Of a stretch of 64,000 nt of DNA, positions 38,922 through 52,375 are shown piece after piece. Numbering within the stretch: position 1 is the first letter of the stretch; each line of letters starts with the position of its first letter. The DNA comes from Lingula anatina (lineage: Eukaryota; Animalia; Brachiopoda). Where the stretch lies: positions 10,664,001 through 10,728,000 of the forward strand of contig CM120641.1 in assembly GCA_051362555.1 (NCBI GenBank), given 5' to 3'. The notes beneath the pieces were generated by a model, which saw nothing but the letters and a program-made list of their open reading frames with translations, ran no database searches and was not told the origin of the DNA. The position numbers and the translations under genes are program-made.

Positions 38922-41900
38922 TCAAACTTCCGTTGGTTTTGTATATAAACCGATCTGTGTGTCCAGAAAAGGTTTTGCGTGAGGCACTGGCTTATTCACC
39001 ACCGGCTTTCTAACAAAAGCGTTCCTTGTGCTACACAATTCATTCTGGTTGGTTGCCAAGTTCTGCAACCTGGCAGCAGCTTCTTGCAATACTGGAGTAA
39101 CCTTCCGTCGGTTGACCCTCTGGATGTCACCACTTCCCGAGTGAGTTGAGAGAACAGGATTAATATCAAATGGGTCGTCAAACCTTTTTGAAAAAGCTGG
39201 GTCTGGTAATATTCCGCAAGACTTACTACTTGTAAGATAGGGCACATCTGTATCGATATCTAATGTCCTTGACGATCGTCGGATTGGGTTCTTTGCGGAA
39301 GGTGTTGATCTTTGTGTCGCCAATGGCGGTTGCCGACCACTAGACATACTGACAGGGGCAAAAGCACCTTGATGCAACTGTTTTGGAAACCCTATCTTAT
39401 GAATACTATCACTTGACCTGCTCCTCCTTTTTGGAGTTGGTGGTAATTGCCAATCAAACATTTGAGATTCTATAGTTGCAGCCGTATGAGTAACGTCTGC
39501 AACTGCATCAACAGACTTCACGTCATCATTTCCATTATAAAGTAGGTTATCAGAGGCAAAAAGATCCTCAAGCAATTTAGATGCACTAACACTGATGCGC
39601 TGTGAAGACAAAAGGCTCCTTTGCTCTGTTTCGAAATTTCCAATTCCATGAGGGGCGCTGGGTAGAATAACATTTATTGTTATATTTGGTCGATCCTCTT
39701 TATGTCGTGATACTTGTTTTTTGATATTGGGATCAACATTTGCGTCACAGGCTCCATCATCCAGCTCTTCAGTATATTCATTATAATATTCCCCGAGATT
39801 GTGGGCAGATCTGGACCGTAAACTATTTGTCAAACTCCCTGTTTGACACTGAGCGCGTGGCAGGTCTTCCTCGCTGCTACAAAATGAAGGGTTGCTTTGG
39901 CCGGTACAAAGAAACTGTGACTGCTTTAACCCTGGGGTTGCCAAGGGCGAGGAAATGGCTATATCGGATTGGCGTTTTTCGCTCTTTTGGAGCAAAAGGT
40001 TTTCGATGCAAGGTAATTCTCTTTTCTTATCCGCAGCAAACTTTGTTCGACTGTGCCTTGACATTTGGCTACAACTGTTGTTCCGATGTCGTTTGCGAAC
40101 GTGCTTGGCAGAAAGTCCGTAAGTGGTAGAGAATGCAACATCACGATTAACAGTTATGTAAATTGGTTTTCCATTGGCGTCGACTCTTGTGTAGCCCTTG
40201 TACCTTAAAGGAATTTTGACTTGTTTGGAGACAGATGTATCTACACTCCTTGGGACCGGCGGGTTTTGTTCTAAAATGTCAGAACTGTAATTTGATGGTG
40301 AATGATTAGCGTGCAAATTATCGTTTGTTGGAGAATCTGAGGGATTCTGCGCCTGATACTCTGACATTGAGACTTGAGCTGGTCCCGTTGATAATTCTTC
40401 AGTTTCCGGACTGTGGACTAATATCTGAGGGATAAAAGAGTGTTGCATTTTTTGCTCCTTAAAATCTTCTCGGCAATTTGTTTGCGCACAATTCCCCCTA
40501 TCTGTTGGTATCTCAACACAGTCAGGTCCCAGATGACGAGAATATTGTGAACCGAAGCTGTTTGTTATGCCTGCTCCGATTTCTTTGAACTCATCAGCAG
40601 AATGCAATGATGACTGACTGTTAGTTTCGGTGGTGGGTTTATCTATGTCTGTCTTCTCGTGTACTTCATCCGTCTTTTGTGGCACCGTCTGGTTATCTAG
40701 ACCGCCTCTAGGCTGATCTCTCGTAAATTCCGGTAAAAGTCTCGGAGTACTTTTTCCAGATTCGCTTGGGGTAGCAGAAAATATTCCAGAATCGCGGGGG
40801 CCAATGATTTCATGTTTGCCAATTTTCCCCTTGGCTACATTTACACTTGATGACAAATTTCCTTCTTTTTGGCTTGATTTGTGGTTTTTCTCATCTTCGT
40901 CATCGTTCGATGAGCTGTTAGAAACTCCCTGTTGGCCAGGTGTATTTGAAATACTGACAGAAAGGTCCTTCGGTTCATCGGCATTCAAAATGTTTGTAGA
41001 AGTGCCATTTGGTTCTCTGGTACTTGGAAAATAAGTGGTTTCTGTGTCTGGGGTGATGGTAGAGAGGCTTTCTTGCTTTTCGAAATTAGGTATGCCGCTG
41101 AGTTCAGACTCAGTATCATTCTGACTGTCGCTATTTTTAAGCTTTTCTTCCTCGGCTTTGGCATTTTCCAAATCAACCGAATTGTCCCAGTCTAAGTGTA
41201 AAGGATCACCAGAGATATCATCTTTGACTTTCTTTTCATCTGCTAGTCGAATGTCCAAAAGGCAGTTAAGGCTTCCACGCCAATTTTCAAGGTCCACCTG
41301 ACTCAACTTCGGAGTTCCCGGAGGGAGCGAAACAGTCGATATTTTCTTTTTTCTTCCAAGTTTACCAAGTATTAATTTGTCATTAAGGTCTGTCAACGAA
41401 TTTACTGAACCAGCTGCAGAGGTTTTGGATAATTTTCTCAGGTACTTTTTGTATTCTTTCAAGTCTGATGGCCCTGAATAAGAGAGCGTAGGCTTGGCGA
41501 AACGTTTCGGATAAAAATTTGCACTTGCAGACGTGGAGCTGGACGGCTCGGTTATGGACACTTCAGAGGAGCAGTGCTCCGAAACCGCTTCTTTGTTTTG
41601 TGTTTCAAAGGTTTTCAAATTGACGATCACCTGATCTCCTTTGAGCGAGCTCTCGCCAGTTTGCATGTGTACGCCTGTGTCAACAGTCCTTGAGAGTTTG
41701 GACGTACTTCTTGCCTTTTTCAGCATCGAATAATAGCGACAGCAAAAGAATATATTAGAAATTATATTAAAACACTTTCTTCTGAAGTTACTGCTCATAG
41801 CCGTGAATATAACAGGAGTGACGACGGAGTTCACGAAAGCCATTAAATGCACAAAAAGCATTGTGAAATAAAATTGGCCGCCTTGAAAGTCCACAGCTTT

Positions 41901-43824
41901 TGTAATACTTAATATGTTGACCAAGTAGAACGGGAACCAGGAGATAATGAATGCAGCTGTTATCACAACGACCATTTTGGCAACCTAAAAAAAATAACAA
42001 AACTGTTCCACTAAACACTAAAAAGAACACTGAACGTGAAACATCGCTTTTTCCTTCGTTTTGTTTGCATCTTAACATTTATTCAATCACGCACACACGC
42101 ACAATCACACGCGCGCTTACACATACAAAAACCATGCATTCTGTTTACATCGTACAACAGTTTAGCGTGATTTTCGATTTATAGCAGGGAACATTAATTT
42201 ATTTTCGCAACGATTATTAATTTGTTTTGTCATCACAAGTACACTTGGATATGTCGAGAGTGAATATACCACGCGTTATAATTGATGAAAATCAATAATC
42301 CAAGACTAATTTCTTTCTAAATGTAAAAAAAAATGCATATAAAAGTAAATCTTTTTGTCTGTGTCAACAAATTTACCTTGCGCTTTCCAACTTCTCGTCT
42401 TTGTAGAGTGTTATGTCGCCGTATAACAACATGGTCCGATTTTCTTGTTTTCAGAAGCACCACCGTGATGCGTACAGAAGTGTACACCAGGATGACCGTT
42501 GGGATGACAAAATTGATTAAACAAAGAACACTGTAGAATCCGGTTCGGAAGCTTTCCTTGGGGGCACCGAGTTGGGCGTCAATTTCTTCAAAATCATTAT
42601 CACACCTAACCCTTGACACCAAGCCGTGTTGGCTACTGTGAACGACTGGATATCTTTTACTGTTGATCAGAAAAGGGACTGGTATGACAAAGGCAGTCAA
42701 CCATATTCCTGCCATAAGTTTGATTGTTCGTGAAACTGTATTTATCTTCAAAGAGCGAAACGGATGGACAATGGCGTAATACCTGAAAGTAAATCATAGT
42801 CAAACCTTACAGAAGCCACACGTGATATTGACTGGTGCATTAGTGTAAGTCGATAAAGTAATATTTTTGTTTTGGTATTAAATGCTGTTCATTTGGGAGA
42901 GAGAGGTCTTCATCCGTTCCCACGAAGATACATTTTCATATAATTCTTTTATGAAAGAAGCATTTCTTTTATGCAAGATTTTGATGATATGATATCATAT
43001 TATAGATTCTATTAAGTTTGTAAAACGAAACCGTATATTTTTATAACATAAAGACGTGTTTTCATTTTTTGCGTGTGAAATATAGAAAGCTCAATCTTTA
43101 ATCCTATATCACGCGTGACTAGCGCCCAAAAGAAAGTTTTAGACAATTATTTTGCCTGTAGGTGCTGATGCAATTTACTCGATTATAAGTGATGTTATTT
43201 AATTTTTGAAATTACGTTCAGAATGGAAACATACAAGGAAAGGTTTTTTTTAAATATGACAATATATAAATGAAATATCCAAACCTAAATTAAATCCAGT
43301 CTTCACGTTTATCAACCTATAGCAAGTGTTATTAGAAAACAAACAAGACATTACCTTTCAATAGATAAGGTGACAAGGGTATAAACACCAGCAAAGACGA
43401 AAATTGGCAGTGTATATGTCATGGCAGAACACACTCCGTCCACAAAGACGTTGACATCTCTAGCGGCTCCATATTCTATGAGTTTTAGCGGCATCACAAA
43501 CATTGCTACCAAGAGGTCGGTAATGGCTAGATTGACTAAATGCACATTTGGCACCGTGTGCATTCCTTTGTTCCTGTATACAGTTAAGATAACTAGTACA
43601 TTTCCTATGACCGCGAAGATGATGATGATGATATACAATATATCAAAAAGTATTGTCATTCCTGGCAAAAAAGTTAAATCTTCATAAGTGCAAGGGTTTT
43701 TTGCCGTGCAAGCGGCATAAACACTTTCGTTTCTGGTTACACTGATGTTGCTGCCCGATGTCGAATTCATCTTCGGTTGGGAAAACAGACGTGTGTTCAC
43801 TGAGAGATTCAAATTGGAAGTCAT
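38922..43824 (-). CDS. Class A (rhodopsin-like) GPCR of peptide-receptor type with a very long C-tail (3 coding exons, 1,312 aa from the first ATG)
   Basis: Exons 43824-43355, 42782-42377 and 41984-38922 join in frame. Motifs: TM1 GN, TM2 NLAITD, TM3 SIERYYAIVHP, TM4 W, TM5 VIP, TM6 FIISWFP, TM7 NSVVTPVIF, helix 8 NFRR. The ligand family cannot be assigned by eye. Confidence 0.92.
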
Positions 43825-46800
43825 CACATCGTAGTTCTCGACGTCGATTTGTTCTGCAGTAAACAGTTGTTTTCAGCATTACCGCAGGAAGAGCAGGATA
43901 GACATTTTGCGCTGTTGCATTGATTTGTTCTAAGAGGAAACTCTCTTTTGATTGCAAACCTGGGATTCACACACCCGGTTCCCGGTTTCCTGAGAAAAGT
44001 GGAAAAATTGCGTTATCAATTAAAAAGCAAATTTGAAGTGCCAGATTTGTGTCTATATAACTTCTAGGGAAATACTTTGGCACGTATTTGGAAATCGAAT
44101 CTTATCAAATGTTTTACGGACAATTTCTTCATCAACGAAAACGATTAGAACAATAAAGTCTCGTCTACCTTAAAAGCTCTATGTTTGTTAATTTTTGTCA
44201 TCTACGGGTTTGTAATTTTACGTAAATTTACTTGCCGTTATCAGTTAACGTTTGTTATAATGGCAAGCATTCAGCCGGATACCATAATCCAAAAATACAG
44301 CTTTAAACATCTGTGGTGTGTTTCATGGATATGCTATGTTAAAGGAAGTAGATCTGAATGTACACAGTCCTTCTCCTATTGAATATCAAATAATTAACTG
44401 AGCTAGGCATGTTTTTATTTAAAGAGAACAACGTGGGATTTAATTTCTTTTTTTCCAAGAATTAAAAATGTCTGTAAGCACTTGTATACTTAGATATTAT
44501 ATATATCGTCGTCTATTTACTAACAAATGTCAAATTAGTTGCACATGAAATCATCTTAATAGATAATTGTCTTCTAATTCGTTGTTTTCAAACTCACTGT
44601 CTCGGCTTTGATATCTATTAGTTAACACCGTATTGAATTAAATGAAAACGCTTGCAGTATATGTTACCATAGTGAGTTTTCTCTTCTTTTCACTAAAAAA
44701 ATTAATTCACTTTCTGGTAAGAGATTTAGAATAAATCAAGGTTGCCTTTCTTACATGTATATGATTTAAACATATAAAGGTCTTATCATTTTAACTGTAC
44801 GTATAGTTCTCATGTCTTTCAATGTTCGATTGTTCATCAGAGATGTAATGTTAAACTTGTTATGGTTATTACAATACATTGCGTTATTCCGCTGAACGTG
44901 CTACGTCTGCGTAGGAGGGGGAAGAACGGCATCTAGCTTGAGGCGTTATTTGACAGTGCTGTGTAATCAATCTATATTGTGAAAGACGAAGCAAGTCGAT
45001 AAACAACTGTATGATTTCAGTTTTACATTTCTTAATCAATTTCGGTTGTAAGAAGGTTCCTATCAATTTTTGGTTAGGATCTATTTTTTCCAGCAAAAAG
45101 GATCTTAGCCTTATCAATTTCATGTAACTGTACGTGTCACGTAGTAGAGTATAGATCTAATCGCGTAAGTAAACTAACATTTTTGTAATGTATATGTTTT
45201 ACTGACACAAATCCTTGCCAGTGTTTGCTCACGTCGAAGATGAATAGTCTTGTGATATCAAAGTCATTGGTTACCGGTTCCATCCCCTCAAAGATCAAAT
45301 AGCTGAGAACCTTTATTTAATTATTTTACAGCAATTGACTTTGACTTACAATGTTATGCTAAACTATAGTTTTATTATTATATACCTGTTGTTACTAAAA
45401 TACGAATGTTAATACCAAATGTCAACAGTGTTATTTCAAGTTAGCGATTTTTCCTACTAACGTTTCTCCATTTACCGAAGAATCGTACTTCAAGTGTAGA
45501 AATAGTAAAAGTGTTGATAGAAGTAGCAGTAGTAGTAGTGGTATCAGGAGAGAGAGAGAGAGAGAGACGCAAAACGAACGTACCTTTGCTTGACAAGCTC
45601 TGTCTGTCTAGTAGCCCCTCCATACGTCCACTGTGAAAGAAAACGTTACTCATTAGTCTTGAACGGCGATAACCGTACACAAACCGCATCAATCGCTCTT
45701 TTATCTCCGCTTTAACTGTATACAACCACCAAACAGGCTTATCAGCATAGCGCGATTCAGGTGTAATGACTCCCTTTTCGATTTCCATTTATTTATGCGA
45801 TAACATTACAATTTATCCCTAATTTAAACTAACACCTAACTAGATTTATTTTGTATGAACTCCTGACCATTGAGGGTGACTTCGTGGGGTGAACGTGCCG
45901 ACTAGCACTTTCCAGACAATTATATGATTTCACACCCAGATTTAGAACTAAATATCCATATCGAATCGATCAGTCCTTCCATTAACTTGTTGAAATACAA
46001 CTTAAGGCTTACATGATTTTCCTCAAATTGAGATTTTTTTACCTTACATTTGAAGTATTTTTGGAAATATATCTAAACTTAGAAGTCTCCCTTTGAAATA
46101 TAGTCTAATAAGCATTATTATAAAACACCACTGATATCTATCTTTGGCGTGAACAAGGCAAATCGTCTCTCAACTTTGATATCATAACACTTAAACGAGC
46201 TCAGACAGATCGTTAAAAGCAGCGTTATTAAGAAAAAAAGTGCAGCAAAATTATCTTATCTGGTATTTTTTTCATCTTCTCGTGCCCTAGTAATAAGCTC
46301 ACCGTGTAAGTACCTGACAATGATGTATTGAAAAGAGCGTGCCATTAACTTCACAAAATACACATCCGTTGTTGAGATAAACTACCAGATGAAAAGCAAC
46401 ATTTGTTTATCTTGTAATGCGGTATGAACAAGTTTACGGAACAGTTCTTTTTACTGATTTGGGAACAATTTACCATGGGAATCCAAGCATATACTGATCC
46501 AGGCCACCATACTGCCGTCTGCTCTAGTGTCCTCCAAAAGAGAATTAAGTTTGCCTCGTATAGAGAAAGTCCTTAAGGGGTTTAACTCGAGTGGATGACA
46601 TCAGAGAAGACCGAAAACGTGGCATTTAAACGGTTATCCAGGGTTGTCTATGCAGTAGTACTCGAAATGAGCACATCCTTCGTTCATCATTTTAACAACA
46701 GGTTATTACACGTACACGCATAACAATGATTATCGACGGTTTAAAACGAAGAGATTGATCGTGAAATGAGAAAAATTAGTAACAGTGTTCATGCATGCGT

Positions 46801-47915
46801 TTTCAATGGAATAAAGTTTACTAAGCCTCCCACGATTTTACGATTACAGATTTAAGCCAGATAATCGAACTACAAACCTTATATTCGTACATCTCAAATT
46901 CGTAAAAATTCGCTTAGAATAAGGATTTGTGTCTATACAAGTCTGGAACTTTGGAGGATAAAGATGATTTGGCATACATGTAGTAATCAAATTTCAGAGT
47001 GTACACATGTACATGTAGCTTTAAGGTAACTCAGAAAGATGGGATAGAAAAGTATATGGACAGTCATACAAAAGATCACATCAGACGTGAACAGCAGCAT
47101 GAAGGCTACTTATTTTTTAAGTTCGGCTCAGAAAGTACAGCAACAGGTAGCAGTATCTAGGATACAAAAATGATCTTTTTTGAGATCGCTTCATGGTAAA
47201 ATGTGATTCACGAGAAGCTTTAAGTGCTACGTTTCTGCTTACGTTTTAAAGGGCTGTTACGGCACTAGGCAGAAATTCTGAAAAAAGTACTATGTGGTCT
47301 GAAGAGCCTTGTGAATAAACTTTCAGCAAATCTAAATCACAGGGTGTTTTCCTGCAAGGCACGTAAGACAGACTAAGTAAATGTGAGGTTTAAAACAAAA
47401 ACTTCTACATAAATATCATCAGTAAACAGAACTTTTTCATCAAAATTAAAATATGTGAATTATTTAATTGCAGTGACTATACCGACATACACTCTTGTAA
47501 ATCCCAGTAAAGGGTATTTTTCCAAGGCCACAAGACATCACATTTGGATTCACTCAAGAAACAAGAAAGGGTAAAGAGGCTAGTCATATTATCTGTAAAA
47601 CATTTTATTTTCTTTACAAGTTTTACTAGAAGCATTGTATGATTATTATGGTAACATTTGTCAATCTGCTACATCAGTTCTGATCCTTTGGGTAATACAC
47701 CACTGCTGCAATCCTCTTACAACACAGATGCAATAAAAAAAGATGGGCAGTGCTGTTAAACTGCATTTCTTTCCAGCAAAAAGCATTAACCAGGCAAAAA
47801 ATTCCCATCATTGCATGTAAGTCAAAGCAGTACTTATTTAAACATCCAGAATAAGTAAATGGATATCAACAACTCCAAGGATTTGTAAAAAAAAAACTTG
47901 TTTTCATGCAGGGAA

Positions 47916-49648
47916 TCATACAGTTTCCATGTCATCATGGCTTTCAATAAGTAAATCATCTGGTTCTTCCTCATCAAAGTATTTTTCCTCTTCATCGTGT
48001 TCCCGGATGTCTAGAGAGTCATATTCTGCATTTGTGTCCACTTTACTGAAAATGAATAAACAGAGATTTCTGATACATAAACAAACTCTACTATTTCAAA
48101 GTAAATTGTTATTTGATGTAATTTAAACAATGGCTTTAATAACAGGGATATATTAATTAGGTCATAATACCATAAGTTACATTAAATTTTCATATGTTGT
48201 TGTAAAGTTCAGGTAGATTTAGTAATCTGATTTGCCCACTCAATGAATTTTGTTATAATTCATTAACATCAAAGATATGATAGATGAAATTTGATCATAA
48301 ATCAATAGAGAATGTCAAAAATTTACTTTTACAATAAAAAAATTTACAATTAAATTGAGTCAGGTAATTTTGTATGTATTTGTCTTTGTCTTGCATTATG
48401 TAATCTAAATGTATATGGGCTTTAGTTTTCAAGTCATGTCAATCATTCAAATACTTTGGTTTCATTTACCTATAATCAAAATCTTCATCTTCTCCATTCA
48501 TAAATCTCTCTTTCATTATGTTCAAAAATTCTTCCTTTAACAAGTTGCGTTCAGCTTCTGGAAGATTTTCCCTGCCATCTTTACTCTGACCTGGAGTAAG
48601 GGAAAATAGAAAAATTAAATTGCTTTCTAACAAAATAAAATAAAATAAAGAAGAATTTGTGTCTGAGCAAGATATTCTTTTTTTTCTGATGGTGAGAAGA
48701 AATACTGAATTTTGATATTAAATCAATGATATCTATACAAGGCATGTTAACTAGTCTTACCATTATCCATTTCAAGTTCTTCCTCACATTCGTCCTCCTC
48801 CTCCTCTTCACTTTCCTCACATTGGTCATTCTACAAACATGCCATAAGAAATGTATTTTCAATAAAATGTCAACAAAATGGAATTTCTTAGAAATACCAA
48901 TGGTTTTTACATTTGTGCATAACTGAATAACAGCAACTTTACCTTCAAGTATGCAACAAAATATCATTTAGTATTTCAAGATATTTAGTATTTCAAGATA
49001 TGAATTTAACCTTAAAAGGAAAAATTACTTTTCTCTTCAGTTCCATGCAGTAGCTGTGTATAGATAGCAGTATCACATAATACATACCTCTATTTCTTTT
49101 TGTTTGTAGTACAATTCATTCTGAAGCACTATTCCTACATGGTCCATTAAAATGTGTGAAAACCTACAGTCTGCTCTATCAAATGTCCCTGCCTTTTCTT
49201 GAATTTCTTCTTCAGTCAAATATTGGCCAATCATCTGTTCATACAATAATGGATTCCTAGATTTCATTTCCTCCTCTGAGAAGTATTCCCCATCCTCTAT
49301 AAGTTTTTTCATTGCTTCATACCTCCTGTTTTTGATTATGGTTTTACTCTCTTTTTTACTGAACTGTTTTCTTAACTCTTTCAAATGAAAATCTACTTCA
49401 TAGTTTCCTTTAAAATTTTCAAAATGAGACACATCTTCTTCTAGCATATATTTACCAAACCTAGAGAGGAATGTTGCAGGGTTTTTTGCATAAATTTCTC
49501 TAGCTATATCTGCTTTCTGTGACACTGTGAGGTCTGGTTCTCCTCTTTGCTGATGTTTAAAGTGTGCGTTGGTGGTGCCAAGTCTGTTGCACATATCATC
49601 AACAGTTGTGTTGTTGGTTTCCATAAGTGAACATATACTTTTTGCCAT
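47916..49648 (-). CDS. CCDC97: Coiled-coil domain-containing protein 97 (DUF2052), 4 coding exons, 293 aa
   Basis: Exons 49648-49088, 48830-48761, 48590-48470 and 48045-47916. Motifs FLSRFG, KNRRYEAM, YFSEEEMKSRNPLLYEQMIG, FMNGEDEDFDY, EEEKYFDEE. Confidence 0.9.
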
Positions 49649-50229
49649 ATTCCAGTGTTAAAAAGGAACTAGATGCAATTTAAATTTTTTGACTGATGTC
49701 CACGAGATTCACTCCTTTGTCCAGTTCTGGAATGAATTAAAATACTGCATTTAATCAAAATTGAAACATGCATTGAAAACAGTTGCCCATGTAGAGAATG
49801 ACTATGTTATGGCTATATGCTAGTAGTATATGTGGAATATTCTGATAAAGAACCAGTTTTTGTTTAAACTTTCCTACTTTCAGATGTTAAGGGAACTTTA
49901 TACATGTTTTTAGGGTTACAGCAGAATTACATGTGCAGGTAGACTGATATTGAAGGAGTCATGGTCTTTAAGCAGTGTTCATAACTAAACAAGCTCTGTC
50001 CTAAAGTAAACCCCCCGTTTTTGAGGTCAATTTAGCAGAAGTATTAAAAGTGATACTATAGTAAATACTTATACATCTATATTTAAATATTTGTAATTTT
50101 ATTATGGATTGCACTTTAATACTTGGAAGCAATGCAAGTTTGCTAACAACTGTGGTATATATATCTCGATCAAAAATTAAGATATAAAAAGCTTTTTAGA
50201 ATTGCCTTCTTTGACTACAGTTTCGGCAA

Positions 50230-50440
50230 CGTACATTTTTTGGCAGAGCACATGTCGCGCTACATTCAAACGGGTGGATCTTTACGTACATGTACGTCTG
50301 GATTCATCAGTGTTTCCTACTGCAGCATTTCCCATATAACATGTTGTTCTTCTGCTCGTGGAGGCAAAAATATTGCATCCAATCAAATCTGGCGTTTCAA
50401 CGCATTTCGTAAACGACAGCCATCCAAAATTGTGATTGTA
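50230..50440. promoter_or_regulatory. Bidirectional promoter region CCDC97 / COX20-like
   Basis: Outward-facing splice donors at ~50234 (-) and ~50438 (+), CpG enrichment, and CCAAT at ~50379. Confidence 0.55.
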
Positions 50441-50525
50441 AGTGATTTCGGTTTCAAAGGTGAAGGTCAGAAATGAACACATGTTATGACATTTACAGGA
50501 TTTACGCTAGGAGAGGTGATTTATA

Positions 50526-52074
50526 ATGGGTTTCTATAGTGATGCAAAAGAAAGGTGGAAGAAGTTCTATGTAAGTATATAATAACGTCTTAAATACTGC
50601 TATTAAAGAGTGTGCTTGCATAAATCTGAAATCATCAGATCTGATAATGCAGTATGCAAAGATAAGTGTACACGCACATTAATTGCCTATCGGCACCTAC
50701 TGTAGGCTGTAGCCTGTAGTCTACCAGTATATTTTTATTTCATTATAAATGTATTGTGTCGATTACTGAAGCAAGCCCAAGGGCTTATGTAATTCCAACT
50801 TTTTGGTAATTCCGTACTGAAGATTTGCTGGTGGTTATGTAAGTAACACTAGTACTAGTTATTTATGTTACATGGAAACACAGCGTTATTAATATTAATA
50901 AATAATATTAATTATTGACATTATTGATATAAAGTTAATTACTCCCTTTCGTAGATTTCTAGATACTAGTATACTGTTGGTGTATTTTCTGCGGTTGGTT
51001 TCCATCTAGATTTATGAAAAGTTCCAGAAACATAAAATACATTGTTTCATATACGAGGTTTATCAAAGCCATATTTTCATTGTCAGCAATCACCTTGTGG
51101 GAAAGGCTGTCTGAAACATGGAGTTACGGGTGCAGCTGTTGTAGGGCTTGTTGCATTTCTTGTACGTGGTAAGTGGATCCAATTATATCTTACTGGGTAG
51201 CAAAGACAGTTCTGGTGTTTAATGAAATTGATAATTTAAAAATAGAATTGAAACAAAGAAGCAGATTTTTCCTACAGGTCAAAAGACAAACATTTCAGAG
51301 GGTTTTGTTATTCCTGTGACCTCTCCCCTTTAAAAGATACCTGTTAAATATACCTGTCCATTCTTAAAAAATGTTTTAACAATATTTGTTTAATAATTTT
51401 TTCTTATAACATTAACTTGAGGGTAGGGAATACCTTTTGTGTTCTGCGTGATTGGCGTGATGCGTTATTTCAGCCCAATATTCTGCGTGAAATGTGATTC
51501 AGGAATTCTTGGTGATTGGCCTGAATATATCTTGGTGATTGGTGAATGAGCGGTTTGATCTTGGTGATTTTTTTTTGGGGGGGGGGGAGTATTCCCTACC
51601 CTCCAACTTGTACACAGGAGTAATACATTCTTCCTTACAATTTTATCAAACCATGTACTAGTGGTTTTGTGATGAGAAATTGGGTCTGATTTCATGTGAA
51701 GTACTTCTTTTCATTTCAGGAACAACAAAAAGTGTTTTGTACACCATTCCTGCATTTGCTGTTGTTACAAATACCTCACTGTAAGTTTGCCTTTTTTCTG
51801 CTTCATTGAAAATTTCTAAATTGGATGTTTCTTAGATAAAAAGTAGTGAAATACAGTTCTTTTTTAAGAAACAAAGTTAATAAAAATGATGAAATGTGCA
51901 AGCTTGGTTTTAGCTCCTGAATTTTCTTATACTTTCAGTATTTATTGTGAATATCAAACACGGAAGGCTAACCAAAAACTGTTATCTCAAGGGCGTTTCA
52001 TAGAAAGCTTGCCAAAATATGTAAGAAAAACAAAAAAGCAAAATGCAGAGGGAAATGAAAGTAAGGAAACGTGA
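50526..52074 (+). CDS. COX20: COX20 (FAM36A)-like cytochrome c oxidase assembly protein, 4 exons, 107 aa
   Basis: Exons 50526-50570, 51087-51168, 51720-51780 and 51939-52074 join in phase: MGFYSDAKERWKKFYQSPCGKGCLKHGVTGAAVVGLVAFLVRGTTKSVLYTIPAFAVVTNTSLIYCEYQTRK... The PC...G, two TM segments and xxC-x-Y pattern match COX20. Confidence 0.7.
51419..51603. mobile_element. MITE with perfect 15-bp TIRs (Sola-like GAG ends)
   Basis: GAGGGTAGGGAATAC ... GTATTCCCTACCCTC, with internal GCGTGA/GGTGATT repeats. AACTT occurs on both flanks (offset by one base on the right). Confidence 0.75.
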
Positions 52075-52201
52075 AACATGAACAACACATAAAAGATAAA
52101 AAGTGGACAAAAATTCTAAACTGAAGGATGTTTTTGATTCCTTACAAGGGATAATAACGGTGTGTAAGAACAGACATAAACATGACTTTTTAGAAAAGTA
52201 C

Positions 52202-52375
52202 CTGGGGTAGCGCTAACACTCGCCAATTTAGCCGAATGCTAAAACTGACTTACATTGGCTAAAGAAAAATGGCTTGATTTGGCTTATTTTAGTCAAATTA
52301 TAACCATTTGGATAACAAATTGACAAAAAAAGTGGTGATTTGGCTAAGCGAAAAAAATTGCTAGTGCTACCCCAG
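52202..52375. mobile_element. MITE in the region downstream of the COX20-like stop codon
   Basis: TIRs CTGGGGTAGCGCTA ... TAGTGCTACCCCAG, with AGTAC directly on both sides. Confidence 0.72.

Noticed and set aside
38996-41176. Overlapping and antisense ORFs within the GPCR tail exon
   Set aside because: Short shadow frames expected in a long coding exon; no independent support.
44884-47400. Short ORFs and CpG-richer sequence upstream of the GPCR
   Set aside because: No phase-consistent exon chain or known motif found; most likely 5' UTR or regulatory DNA.
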